Source: Leptonemataceae bacterium
GTDB taxonomy: Bacteria > Spirochaetota > Leptospiria > Leptospirales > Leptonemataceae
Reading direction: 5' to 3'
Length of the DNA stretch: 64,000 nucleotides
Assembly: GCA_965227295.1 (NCBI GenBank)
Contig: OZ245742.1
Span: forward strand, 4,096,001 to 4,160,000
Both the position numbers and the translations under genes were made by a program. This document shows, in pieces, positions 39,862-49,271 of the stretch. The notes under the pieces were generated by a model, which worked only from the letters and a program-made list of their open reading frames with translations, had not been told where the DNA came from and ran no database searches. Numbering within the stretch: the first letter of the stretch is position 1; the number at the start of each line of letters is the position of its first letter.

Positions 39862-40539
39862 TCAGGCGGATTGTTTTTCCCGGAAGAGCCCCGCCACGTA
39901 AGCCCCCTGGTCCCGGGCATAGTCGAGATACAATTCCGTGAACTCCGGAACGACCGAAGTTTTTACCGACTCGTGCCCGAGCAGGCTCTCGGCCCACTGT
40001 GCGACCTTCGGCGCATTGTCGTAGAGATTCAGCGGTCGATCGAGGGCGTCTTGCAGTACGGCGAAACGCATGAAGAGCGGGGCCGCGGCGGCGTCTACTA
40101 ACGAAAACTCCGCTCCGTTAAAAAACGGTCCCGTGACGACTTCCTCCAGGCGTTCCAGTTTGTTCCGGGCGGCGGCCAGGCTGTCCTCGAAGCCGGCCTC
40201 GTCTTTCGCAATGAAGTTGCGGTACTGGTCCATGAGAATCTGCGAGGTGAACTCGATCCAGGCCCGGTTCTTCGCACGCTGCAGCGGTTCGGCCGGATGA
40301 TACTGCGGCGGGTTGGTTTCGTCGAGGTACTCGTTGATGACGGCGGATTCGAAGAGCACGTCGTCGCCGACCTGCAGGACGGGGACCTTGCCCAGGGGCG
40401 AGAGCTTTAGGAACCAGTCGGGTTTGTTGGAGAGATCGATGTAAGTGACGTCGTGGTCCACGTCCTTTTCACGCAGGGTGATGACCGAACGCTGCACGAA
40501 CGGGCAGATCTTGAAGCTGATTAAGTGCGGTTTACTCAT
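39862..40539 (-). CDS. Glutathione S-transferase (omega-like)
   Basis: ICPFVQR, KPDWFL.LSPLGKVPVL, ESAVINEYLDE, FSLVD. Confidence 0.92.
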   Translation of the reverse strand: MSKPHLISFKICPFVQRSVITLREKDVDHDVTYIDLSNKPDWFLKLSPLGKVPVLQVGDDVLFESAVINEYLDETNPPQYHPAEPLQRAKNRAWIEFTSQILMDQYRNFIAKDEAGFEDSLAAARNKLERLEEVVTGPFFNGAEFSLVDAAAAPLFMRFAVLQDALDRPLNLYDNAPKVAQWAESLLGHESVKTSVVPEFTELYLDYARDQGAYVAGLFREKQSA

Positions 40540-40551
40540 TGTTAACAATCC

Positions 40552-40824
40552 TTATGTATCGGGCGCGTTGGTATGCAGGGCCAGGGCATGAACGCCGTCG
40601 CGCAGTTCGTCGGCGAGGAGTTCGTAGACCAGGCGGTGCTGCTGTACCATACTGAGGCCGCGGAATTTTTCCGCCACAATGCTCACGCGAAAGTGTGATT
40701 CGCCGCTGCCAGGGGAACTCGCGTGCCCGGCGTGGGCGTCGCTTTCGTTGGCGACTTCCAGCCGGGCCGGCTCCAGCGCCGATTTCAGTTTGGCCTCGAT
40801 GCGCGCCTGTATGGTTGGAATCAT
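40552..40824 (-). CDS. bolA: BolA-family protein
   Basis: NES..HAGH, ESHF, QHRLVY.LL, GVHAL. Confidence 0.9.
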   Translation of the reverse strand: MIPTIQARIEAKLKSALEPARLEVANESDAHAGHASSPGSGESHFRVSIVAEKFRGLSMVQQHRLVYELLADELRDGVHALALHTNAPDT

Positions 40825-40838
40825 GCTGTGGCTCCTGG

Positions 40839-41870
40839 TTACGCGGGATGCATGAATTCTCGAAGCAGCACCGTGGCGTAGCTCCCCGGTCTTAGAAAAA
40901 AGCGAAATCGCAGGCCATCGTCCACCACGGCGTGGGTGAACTCCAGCTCGTCGCAGGGGATGCCGGCCGCGCGCCGGCTGCCCTGAAGCTCGCGGTGTTG
41001 CAGGACGGCCCGGCCCTCGTCGCTCGTCGGGTCCAGGATCATGTCTTCCAGTTCCGCGGGGCGGCCGGTGGGCCGGCGCATCTTACTGCCGTAGAGCGGA
41101 CCGGTGAAATCGATCTCGTGTGATTGGAATCGCTCCCGGTCCACGGCCGGGTCCTCGACGACGAAGATGCCGCCGGATTCGGTCTTCCGCGCGACGTCGC
41201 CGGCCAGGATGTCCGCGAAGAGTTCGTGTTCGATGCGTAACGCGAGCCAGCGATTGAAGAGGTCGGACTGATAGGCCGACAACAGAAGCTTCGCGAGCCA
41301 GCGGGACGGCCGTTTGCCGCGTTTCAATACCAGGTCCCGGCCGCGCAGAGCGTTGTCACCTTCGGCACCGAAGCGTTGTTCGCCGTAATAATTCGGTAAC
41401 CGTCCGCCGCTGAAGTACTCCTGTTTGCGTTGCAATCGTTCGACTGCATCCGGGACGACGTCGCGCAACAGAATGTCGAAGCGGTTCCCGCGCAAATGAC
41501 CGGTCTTCAGTTTGTTGCGATGCCGCGAAGCGCTTTCAATGTTTACGCCCAACTCGCTTTCCATGCGGCGGGCGACGTCTTCCGGATCGGCGGTGTGCAG
41601 GTGCAGCGAGAACGTCTGCGTCGTACGCGCGTGGCGATCCTTGAGGCCGGCGGTACCAATGCCCCTGTCGGAAATTGCAAAGAGGCGCGTGAGATCTTTC
41701 ACGAGGTCGCGGGTGTTGCGGTCTTCGCGGGTGAGGCGTACGTAGACGTGCTCGCCTTCCCCGCACGGTTCGTAGAGCGGTTCCTCTACGACGATGAAGT
41801 CGGTCGCGGATTGTTTGAGCGTGCCGCCGGTGCCGGGAAGATGCGCGCTGAGAATCGGATGGTCGAGCAC
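40839..41870 (-). CDS. truD: tRNA pseudouridine(13) synthase
   Basis: DF.V.E, GEGEH, AGLKDRHA.T.Q, GHLRGNRF, PNYYGEQRFG, SAYQS.LFN, GSYATVLLRE. The start is uncertain (41870 or 41909). Confidence 0.93.
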   Translation of the reverse strand: MLDHPILSAHLPGTGGTLKQSATDFIVVEEPLYEPCGEGEHVYVRLTREDRNTRDLVKDLTRLFAISDRGIGTAGLKDRHARTTQTFSLHLHTADPEDVARRMESELGVNIESASRHRNKLKTGHLRGNRFDILLRDVVPDAVERLQRKQEYFSGGRLPNYYGEQRFGAEGDNALRGRDLVLKRGKRPSRWLAKLLLSAYQSDLFNRWLALRIEHELFADILAGDVARKTESGGIFVVEDPAVDRERFQSHEIDFTGPLYGSKMRRPTGRPAELEDMILDPTSDEGRAVLQHRELQGSRRAAGIPCDELEFTHAVVDDGLRFRFFLRPGSYATVLLREFMHPA

Positions 41871-42003
41871 GGGGCGAGTCTGAGAGTTCGAGGCGTTACC
41901 GCAATTCAATTAAGCCGCAGTGACCTTGCCCCCGTAATTCGGTCCACTCTGAAGGTGAAAATCCTCTTGTACACGAGACAGTGAAGAAACAAGAGGTAAA
42001 CCA

Positions 42004-42270
42004 ATGAAGCGAAAGAGATTCACCGAAACGCAGATCCACGCGATCCTGAAGGAGTCGGACGCGGGGCTGGGCACGGCCGAGTTGTGCCGCAAGTACGGCA
42101 TCAGCCAGAACACATTCTACCGCTGGAAGTCGAAATACGGTGGAATGGAATTGAGCGAGCTGAAGCGGATCAAGCAGCTCGAAGACGAAAACGCGAAGCT
42201 GAAACGGCTCGTAGCCGATCAGGCTCTGGACATTCAGGCGTTGAAGGTCGTCGTCGAAAAAAAGTGGTAA
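42004..42270 (+). CDS. IS3 transposase OrfA
   Basis: [35 protein letters not shown]. Confidence 0.95.
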   Translation: MKRKRFTETQIHAILKESDAGLGTAELCRKYGISQNTFYRWKSKYGGMELSELKRIKQLEDENAKLKRLVADQALDIQALKVVVEKKW

Positions 42271-43097
42271 GCCGTTCGCAGCGTCGTCGCGCCATCGATC
42301 TGATGATCGAACTCGCGGCGATCAGTGAACGGCGTGCATGCCAACTCATTCGCATGGCTCGTTCCGCGTACCGGCGAAAGCCACAACGACCGGACGACTC
42401 TGAACTGCGCAGCCGCATCCGTGAAATCGCGTTCCGGCGCCGCCGCTACGGTTACCGCATGATCACGGACATGATCAGGATGACCTTCACGGTGAACCAC
42501 AAGCGCGTCTATCGCATCTACAGCGAGGAAGGGCTGAAGCTGCGCCGCCGACGCAAGAAGCGGCGTGTGGCTCCGGAACAGCGTCGACCGCTGGTGCCGG
42601 CGCCACGTCCGAACATTCGCTGGTCCATCGACTTCGTGTCGGATGTGATGCGCGGTGGCCGTAGGTTCCGCGTGTTGAACATCATCGACGATTGTACGCG
42701 CGAGTATCTACGAGAAGTCGTCGATACTTCCATCAACGGTAAGCGCGTGCGACGTGAACTTAGTGCGCTGGTCGAGATGATCGGGCGCCCCGCTCAGATC
42801 GTGCTCGACAACGGCCCCGAGTTCGTCTGCAACACGCTTGCGGATTGGGCGGAGGAGATCGGCGTCGAACTCGCGCACATCGAGAAAGGCAAGCCGCAGC
42901 AAAACGCGTTCGTCGAAAGCTTCAACGGCCGCTTCCGGGACGAGTGTCTGAACGAGCACCTGTTCCAGAGCCTGGCAGACGCACGCAGGATCATCGCGGA
43001 GTGGCGGGAGCACTACAACAACGAACGTCCCCATAGTGCGCTGGGTGGCATCCCGCCGAAGTTGTTCGCAAAGAGATTCAAATCAAATGCAGCCTGA
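42258..43097 (+). CDS. IS3 transposase OrfB (reached by -1 frameshift)
   Basis: A-AAA-AAG slippery site at 42258-42264; OrfB is in the -1 frame; [38 protein letters not shown]. Confidence 0.93.
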   Translation, partial: KKVVSRSQRRRAIDLMIELAAISERRACQLIRMARSAYRRKPQRPDDSELRSRIREIAFRRRRYGYRMITDMIRMTFTVNHKRVYRIYSEEGLKLRRRRKKRRVAPEQRRPLVPAPRPNIRWSIDFVSDVMRGGRRFRVLNIIDDCTREYLREVVDTSINGKRVRRELSALVEMIGRPAQIVLDNGPEFVCNTLADWAEEIGVELAHIEKGKPQQNAFVESFNGRFRDECLNEHLFQSLADARRIIAEWREHYNNERPHSALGGIPPKLFAKRFKSNAA

Positions 43098-43174
43098 GGA
43101 TTTACACCAAAAGAACTGGACCTGATGTTGGGGGCAGGTCAGCAGGAATTCGCGCAGATCACAGGCGGTTGTGT

Positions 43175-43304
43175 GGGGGTAGCGGAGAACCGAAAGCGAC
43201 ACGGCAGGGCTGCCCGGAGGGTGGCCCGGTCGCCGCAGGCGAGCCGTGGCGCGGTCGCGCGCAGCGCGATTCGGGTCGGAGCGAGGGGGAGCGTAGCTCC
43301 CCCA
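43175..43304 (+). repeat. Palindromic dispersed repeat of about 130 bp (REP/MITE-like), copy 1
   Basis: A diverged reverse-complement copy is at 55372-55496 (shared blocks GCGGAGAACCG, GCCCGGAGGGTG, CCGGTCGCCG, GGGTCGGAGC, GGGGAGCG.AGCTCCCCC). Confidence 0.85.
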
Positions 43305-43336
43305 TCCAAAAACTCTAACTTCTTTTCTTCAGAAGC

Positions 43337-44167
43337 TTAGTTGCAGCTGAAGCCGTTGACCGTGGTGGCCTTGCAGTCGTTCCATTCGCGCTTCGTGGCG
43401 TCGTTGATGGAAGAGCTGTCGTCACCGACGTGCGTGCGGTTGTAGGCCTTCTTACTGGAACTGTAGTTGTTGTTGTTATTGTACGAACCGTCCCAGATGT
43501 AGTGGTAGCTGTAACGGCTCTGCGTGCACGAGGTGTGCGAGCCGGTGCTGCTGTGACCGCAGGTGCTGTGCAGAGACACGGCGCCGTCGTCGTCGCCGGG
43601 CAGCAGCCAGCCTACGTACCACTGCGACTTGTAACCGGCGATGGCCCAGATGCCGACGCCTTTCGTGTCGTTGTGGTTGTAGGAGCCGCGGGCGTTGGCG
43701 GTCTTGAGCGCGTTGTCCATTCCACCGGAGCCGGCCCAGAACGCCAGGTTCGCGAGCTCGGAACCGCCGGCCGCGCTGGAAGAGGCCATAACGAAATCGA
43801 TGTTGTAGCTGCCCGATGCTTTATCGAGGAAGTACTCAACGGCATAACAACCGGCGCTGTGGCAGATCACCTTGCAGTTGTTCGAACCGGTGCAGCGCTG
43901 ATTAAAGACCGTGTTGATGTTCGACTGTGCGCGGCAGGAACCCCAGGAGCGCGGGTCGGTGGATCCGTCGTAGCCGACGAAGTACTTCGTGGTGGACGTG
44001 TTGATGTTTTTCGCGGCTCCCCAGTAGTTGCCGTTATCGCTGGTGCCGGTGCCGCAGTGGTTCGTGCCGGACCGGCCGTGCACGAAGATGGTGTAGTCGG
44101 CTGCGCTCAGGCCGGTGGTCATTCCGGCGACGAGCAGCGCCGCGAGTACGTAGACGCTTTGTTTCAT
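43337..44167 (-). CDS. Secreted alpha/beta-hydrolase (lipase-like), Cys/Ser/Asn-rich
   Basis: Signal peptide, IFVHG, nucleophile elbow CHSAG, GGSELA, DDGAV, terminal H. Confidence 0.7.
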   Translation of the reverse strand: MKQSVYVLAALLVAGMTTGLSAADYTIFVHGRSGTNHCGTGTSDNGNYWGAAKNINTSTTKYFVGYDGSTDPRSWGSCRAQSNINTVFNQRCTGSNNCKVICHSAGCYAVEYFLDKASGSYNIDFVMASSSAAGGSELANLAFWAGSGGMDNALKTANARGSYNHNDTKGVGIWAIAGYKSQWYVGWLLPGDDDGAVSLHSTCGHSSTGSHTSCTQSRYSYHYIWDGSYNNNNNYSSSKKAYNRTHVGDDSSSINDATKREWNDCKATTVNGFSCN

Positions 44168-44653
44168 GAACTTCTTTTCCTGTTGCACCGCCGTTGGCCG
44201 GCAGTGTCTTGATTTTTGCCGATTGTTTTGCAAGCGCTGTGCCCGGCTCGCGCAGCGGCGGGAAATTCGTGTGGGATGAGTACGCGTTCGCTATTGTTTG
44301 ATATCGAACTTTCTGCGAGATGATGAAAGCTCGCCGGCCGGGCGTCGCGTTTTGTGGCGGGCGGGCCTGGCTGAATGATAAGCCGCTCGTGCGTTTTGGT
44401 GCGCGAAAGTTAAGCCGGCGAATTTTTGGCGGCGGTTTTTCGAGCACTGCATGGTTTTCTGGCGGTTGGGAGGGGAGTCAGGTCAGATCGGATAGATTTG
44501 TTTTTAAGCATTTGGGTGGGTTGCGCGGATCGTGAATGGGCCGAGGGCTGGATGGGGTTAGGCGAAGTTCGGGTAAGGCGGTTTTCTGCTTGAATCTACG
44601 AATGCGTGGTTATGATGAAGGCGAGCGATTCGTACGTTATTCGATCAATAGAC

Positions 44654-45560
44654 GTTATCCGAGAGCGCAACAGAAAGGAATACAATGATTGTTCAGAATG
44701 GTGACGTTGCTATATTTACCGAGTCTTTCGGAAACAAAGGGAACGAGCCACTCATTCTCATTATGGGTGCTACAGCTTCTATGCTCTGGTGGGACGCTTC
44801 TTTTTGCTCCCGACTGGCCAGCAAAGGCTTTTTTGTCATTCGTTATGACAACAGAGATACAGGAAAGTCCACATCATACGCCCCAGGGTCGATTAACTAC
44901 GATATAATGGATTTGAAAGCTGATACGATGGCCATTCTTAAAGAATACAATATTAGCAAAGCTAATTTCGCCGGGATGTCTCTCGGAGGAATGATTGCCC
45001 AAATCATAGCAATTGAAAATCCAGAAGTGGTTAAATCGCTTATATTAATTTCTTCCAGCCCATTTGATGCCAATGAAGATCTCCCCGGAATAGACCAAAA
45101 AGTTTTAAATCATTTTGCCGGTTCTACATCGGTCAATTGGTCAGACAAAGAATCTGTAATCGAATATATGGCTATCGGTCTCAGAATTCAAACCGGAACG
45201 AGACATCCATTCAATGAAAAAAAAGCAAAAGAATTAATCTCTAATGACATTCAACGAACAGAAAATATCCTTTCAAGTTATAATCACACCCTGATGGGCG
45301 GAGGAGAAAGTTTATATGGAAAGTATAGTTCGATTAAGAAACCGATTCTTATAATTCATGGGACTCTGGATCCAGTATTACCTTTTCAGCATGCAGAAAG
45401 ATTAAACCAATTGGAAAACTCCGAATTGTTTCCGCTTGAGAATGCTGGCCACGAAATACATGAAGAAGATTGGAGCATGATCATAGCCAGAATGGAAGAG
45501 TTTATCAAAAACATCTGACTGTCCACCTCCGAATAACTGCATTTTTACTGCTGCGGCGGG
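44654..45560 (+). mobile_element. Integron-type gene-cassette remnant carrying the esterase
   Basis: Core-like GTTATCCG (44654) sits 31 bp before the ATG, and its near-complement CGAATAAC (45530-45537) sits just after the stop. The AT-rich segment coincides with these limits. No complete attC hairpin or integrase was seen. Confidence 0.55.
44685..45518 (+). CDS. Alpha/beta-hydrolase, EstT/EstX-like esterase (possible macrolide esterase)
   Basis: TESFGN, GAT.SML.WD..FC, FFVIRYDNRD.GKST.Y.PG, GMSLGG, IIHGT.D, GHEIH..DW. The gene is markedly AT-rich. Confidence 0.8.
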   Translation: MIVQNGDVAIFTESFGNKGNEPLILIMGATASMLWWDASFCSRLASKGFFVIRYDNRDTGKSTSYAPGSINYDIMDLKADTMAILKEYNISKANFAGMSLGGMIAQIIAIENPEVVKSLILISSSPFDANEDLPGIDQKVLNHFAGSTSVNWSDKESVIEYMAIGLRIQTGTRHPFNEKKAKELISNDIQRTENILSSYNHTLMGGGESLYGKYSSIKKPILIIHGTLDPVLPFQHAERLNQLENSELFPLENAGHEIHEEDWSMIIARMEEFIKNI

Positions 45561-45570
45561 CCACCCTGAC

Positions 45571-46173
45571 TTATCCTGGCTTATCCCCGTTTTCCGACAC
45601 ACCGAGCACAATACCACCCTCGACCGCAGCCGCAAGATCATCAAACACCCGCACCCCCGCCAACTCCGCACGCAATTCCTCATCATCCGCCGCCTTCTTC
45701 AACACACGCTCTCCCTTCCCCGTCCTGACCAACACGAACGCCACACCCGCCGCCCGCGCGGCCCGCAGATCACTCAAATTATCACCGATAAACACGGTCT
45801 TCTCCCGCGCCGCGCCGAATTCCCGCATCAACTCCAACAACATCCCCGGCCTGGGCTTCCGGCAATCACAACCGTCATCCGGATGATGCGGGCAGTACAC
45901 AATCTTATCAATCTTCGCCGCCGGATCCACGGCCGCCAGCTCTCGTGCTAACTTCGCATGCATGGCATCTAACGTCGCCACATCAAAATAACCCCGCGCC
46001 AACGAAGACTGGTTCGTCGCCACCGCCACGGTGATCCCGGCCGCCTTCAGTCTCGCAATGGCTTCCAGGCTCGCCGGGTATGGCCGAAATTCGTCGACGG
46101 ACTTGATATACGAGTCGGAGTCCTCATTGATCACCCCATCGCGGTCCAGGATGATAAGATCGTACGGCCGCAT
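45571..46173 (-). CDS. gmhB: D-glycero-D-manno-heptose 1,7-bisphosphate phosphatase
   Basis: ILDRDGVIN, ATNQS, CPH.P.D.C.CRKP, IGD..SD, VRTGKG. Confidence 0.93.
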   Translation of the reverse strand: MRPYDLIILDRDGVINEDSDSYIKSVDEFRPYPASLEAIARLKAAGITVAVATNQSSLARGYFDVATLDAMHAKLARELAAVDPAAKIDKIVYCPHHPDDGCDCRKPRPGMLLELMREFGAAREKTVFIGDNLSDLRAARAAGVAFVLVRTGKGERVLKKAADDEELRAELAGVRVFDDLAAAVEGGIVLGVSENGDKPG

Positions 46174-46174
46174 C

Positions 46175-46951
46175 TTACGTCCGCACACCGACGCCGCGGC
46201 GCAACAACACCAGGTTCAACGTAAACATGCCCGCGGCAAACACGCCCGCGATGACGAAGGCGTGCAGCAACGGAATGTCCGACACGCCCAGGAAACCGAA
46301 ACGAAAGGCGTTGATCATATAGAGGATTGGATTCGCGAGCGAGATCGTATACCAGGGTTCGGGCAAAAGCTCCACCGAATAAAAGACGCCGCCCAGGTAC
46401 GTAAGCGGGGTCAGTACGAACGTGGGCACGATCGAAATATCGTCGAAACGCCTGGCGAACATGGCGTTCAGAAAACCCGCCTGGGAAAACAGGATCGACG
46501 TGAGCACCACGGTGCCGAGCAGCACCGGCACGCTGTGAATTTTCAGGTTGCTGAAGAACAGCGAGACGCCGAGGACCATGGTGCCCACCATGAGGCCGCG
46601 GACGATGCCGCCCACGGAAAAGCCGGCGATGATCACCGACGCCGGCACCGGGGCGACCAGGAGTTCTTCGACGCTCTTGTTGAAGCGTGCCCCGAAGAAC
46701 GACGACACGACGTTCGAATACGTATTGGTGATGACGGACATGAGAATCAGCCCCGGCACGATGAAGTCCATGTAATCGTAGCCGCCCATCTGGCCCACGC
46801 GGCTCCCCACCAGTTCGCCGAAGATCAAAAAATACAGCGACATGGTAATCACCGGCGGGATCAGCGTCTGGATCCAGATGCGCAGAATGCGGGTCACTTC
46901 TTTCGTGACGATGGTCTGGAAGGCGATGCGGGCGATGAAGGCCTGATTCAT
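46175..46951 (-). CDS. ABC-2 transporter permease (YadH-like)
   Basis: RILRIWIQTLIPP, FIVPGLILM, PTFVLTPLTYLGGVFYS, NPILYMINAFR. Confidence 0.92.
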   Translation of the reverse strand: MNQAFIARIAFQTIVTKEVTRILRIWIQTLIPPVITMSLYFLIFGELVGSRVGQMGGYDYMDFIVPGLILMSVITNTYSNVVSSFFGARFNKSVEELLVAPVPASVIIAGFSVGGIVRGLMVGTMVLGVSLFFSNLKIHSVPVLLGTVVLTSILFSQAGFLNAMFARRFDDISIVPTFVLTPLTYLGGVFYSVELLPEPWYTISLANPILYMINAFRFGFLGVSDIPLLHAFVIAGVFAAGMFTLNLVLLRRGVGVRT

Positions 46952-46955
46952 GGCG

Positions 46956-47906
46956 TTAACTTCTCTTCTCCGTAAGTTTAACGAAGAGTTCTTCCAGACG
47001 ATTGGCCTTGTTGCGCATGCTGGTAATGTGCAGGCCCACACGACTGAATTCGGCGAACAGATTGTTGATGTCCTTGCCGCGCTGAATGTCCACTTCCAGG
47101 GTCCGCGGGTCGGCCAGGCGCGCCGGGAATTCCGCACCGGCGTTGAGTCTTTCGATCCGCGCATCGTCGGCCCGGGTTTCCTCGCGCAGATCAAAAACGA
47201 ACGTCTCACTGTCGAGCTGGCTGATCAGTTCGCGGGTGGACGTGTTTTCGATGATCTCTCCGTGATCGATGATGGCGATATCACGACACAGCGACTCGGC
47301 TTCTTCTAAGTAGTGCGTCGTCAGGATGATCGTGGTGCCCTCCGCGTTCAGTGCGCGCAGAAAATCCCACATGGATCGCCGCAATTCGATGTCGACGCCG
47401 GCCGTGGGTTCGTCGAGAATCAGGAGCCGTGGTTCGTGGATCAACGCCCGGGCGATCATGAGCCGGCGCTTCATGCCGCCGGAGAGCCGACCGGCGCCCT
47501 CATCGCGTTTCTCCCACAGGCCGAGTTGTTTCAGATACTTTTCCGAACGTTCCAGGGCCTTCGAACGCGGCAGCCCGTAGTAACCGGCCTGGTTGACCAC
47601 GATCTGTTGCACCTTTTCGAAGATGTTGAAGTTGAATTCCTGCGGAACGACGCCGAGCTGGGTCTTCGCCTCGACCAGGTGCGTATCGATGTCGTAGTCG
47701 AAGACCTTAACTTTTCCCGAACTCTTGTTAACCAGCGAGGAAATGATGCCGATGATCGTCGTTTTGCCGGCACCGTTGGGGCCCAGCAGGCCGAAGAAGT
47801 CGCCCTCTTTCACCTCCAGGTCCACCCCCTTTAACGCCTCAACGGCGGCCCCCTCGCCTTTGCCCGGGTAGGTCTTCCGCAATGCCTGGATCGATAACGC
47901 TTTCAG
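46956..47906 (-). CDS. ABC transporter ATP-binding protein (YadG-like)
   Basis: GPNGAGKTT, LSGGMKRR, ILDEPTAGVD, TTHYLEEAE. The probable start is CTG at 47906; otherwise TTG at 47882. Confidence 0.92.
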   Translation of the reverse strand: MKALSIQALRKTYPGKGEGAAVEALKGVDLEVKEGDFFGLLGPNGAGKTTIIGIISSLVNKSSGKVKVFDYDIDTHLVEAKTQLGVVPQEFNFNIFEKVQQIVVNQAGYYGLPRSKALERSEKYLKQLGLWEKRDEGAGRLSGGMKRRLMIARALIHEPRLLILDEPTAGVDIELRRSMWDFLRALNAEGTTIILTTHYLEEAESLCRDIAIIDHGEIIENTSTRELISQLDSETFVFDLREETRADDARIERLNAGAEFPARLADPRTLEVDIQRGKDINNLFAEFSRVGLHITSMRNKANRLEELFVKLTEKRS

Positions 47907-49213
47907 GAACTCGCCTCCGGAGCCGTACCGGCCTCGCCGCTTTCCTTTTCAATCGATGCCACCGCCGCGTTCGCCGCATCCTCGATGCGATCCGCCAATC
48001 CGCACAACTCCGCGACGCGCACGATCACCTGATCCACCAGGGCGTCCGGACAACTGGCCCCGGAGGTAACGACGATGTCCACCGGCGGCGCGCTGACTGC
48101 ATCGGCACGGGCGGCGGCGGGCAACCAATCCGTGGAGGTGATGACGCCCTGGTGCAAGTCCAGGTGGCGGATGGTTTCCGCGTCCAGGATTTCTTCGCGA
48201 TCCTTGATGTAGTAGGCGGGCATGCGTTGTTCGAGCAGTTCCACGAGATGCGAGGTGTTCGAGGAATTGTAACCACCGACGATCAACGCCAGGTCCCCGC
48301 CGGAATCCATGAGACCCAGCGTGGCGTTCTGATTCTCCTGGGTCGCGTAACACAACGTGTCCCGCGTATCGGCGAAGTGTTCGGCTAAGTTCTCGCCGCC
48401 GTAACGTGCAATGATCGCATCTTTAAGAAGATTGCTGATGGCCTGGGTTTCCTGAGCGAGCATGGTCGTTTGATTTACGACGCCGAAACGCGCCAGATGT
48501 TTCTCCGGAACAAAATCGTCGGAGTAGCGGCCGGCAAAGTAGTCGTCGAAGTTCGCAAAGTCCGTGAAGCCGTCTTCCGTGCCGTAAATGAATTTCGCGA
48601 GCGTGCGCGCCTCGTCCATGTCGCGAATGATCAAAGCCGGGGCGTCCTGGCGGGCGTGAGAGAACGTGGCGCGGGTTTCTTCGTGCGTATGCCGGCCGTG
48701 GATGATGATGGCGTAACCCTGGCGGCCCAACTGGGAACTGCGGTTCCAGACCTTTTCGACGAACGGGCAAGTGGTATTGTAGGTTTGCGGATCGATACCC
48801 AACTCGCGCAGGCGCCCGAAGATTTCGACGGTGGTACCGAAGGCCGGCACGATTACCACGTCCTGGGGCTGCAATTTTTCCAGCGGAAAGAGTTCGGTGC
48901 CGTCGGTCTTTTGTAAGAATTGTACGCCGCGCTCGGTAAGATCCGTGTTGACGTGGGGGTTATGGATCATTTCACTCAAAAGAAAGACGCGCTTGTCCGG
49001 GTTCTCGGCGATGGCCCGGTAGGCGATCTCGATGGCGTTCTCGACACCGTAGCAGAAGCCGAAGTGCCGCGCGAGTTTGAAACGCAGCCGGCCCAGATCC
49101 ACGACGGAAGGGGCCGTGTCTTTTTTGTAGCGATCCGCCTCCCGCCGCGCGCTCTTCACGCGCGAGATAATAGGCGAACGATAGAATAAAGGAATGTCAA
49201 AGTCCCGCGCCAT
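47903..49213 (-). CDS. ispH: 4-hydroxy-3-methylbut-2-enyl diphosphate reductase (long form)
   Basis: FGFCYGV, IHNPHV, TTCPFV, HEET, NQTTM, DTLCYATQ, GGYNSSNT.HL, TSGASCP. Confidence 0.95.
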   Translation of the reverse strand: MARDFDIPLFYRSPIISRVKSARREADRYKKDTAPSVVDLGRLRFKLARHFGFCYGVENAIEIAYRAIAENPDKRVFLLSEMIHNPHVNTDLTERGVQFLQKTDGTELFPLEKLQPQDVVIVPAFGTTVEIFGRLRELGIDPQTYNTTCPFVEKVWNRSSQLGRQGYAIIIHGRHTHEETRATFSHARQDAPALIIRDMDEARTLAKFIYGTEDGFTDFANFDDYFAGRYSDDFVPEKHLARFGVVNQTTMLAQETQAISNLLKDAIIARYGGENLAEHFADTRDTLCYATQENQNATLGLMDSGGDLALIVGGYNSSNTSHLVELLEQRMPAYYIKDREEILDAETIRHLDLHQGVITSTDWLPAAARADAVSAPPVDIVVTSGASCPDALVDQVIVRVAELCGLADRIEDAANAAVASIEKESGEAGTAPEASS

Positions 49214-49271
49214 AGCTTCCTCGCCAGTGTCGATCGGAGCCGTCGTCTGTCAACGTACGTGCATCGCACTG

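Larger units (their letters stand above)
41921..43141 (+). mobile_element. IS3-family (IS407-group-like) insertion sequence, 1221 bp
   Basis: Ends TGACCTTGCCCCC... and ...GGGGGCAGGTCA; 4-bp target duplication GCAG at 41917-41920 and 43142-43145. Confidence 0.95.
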
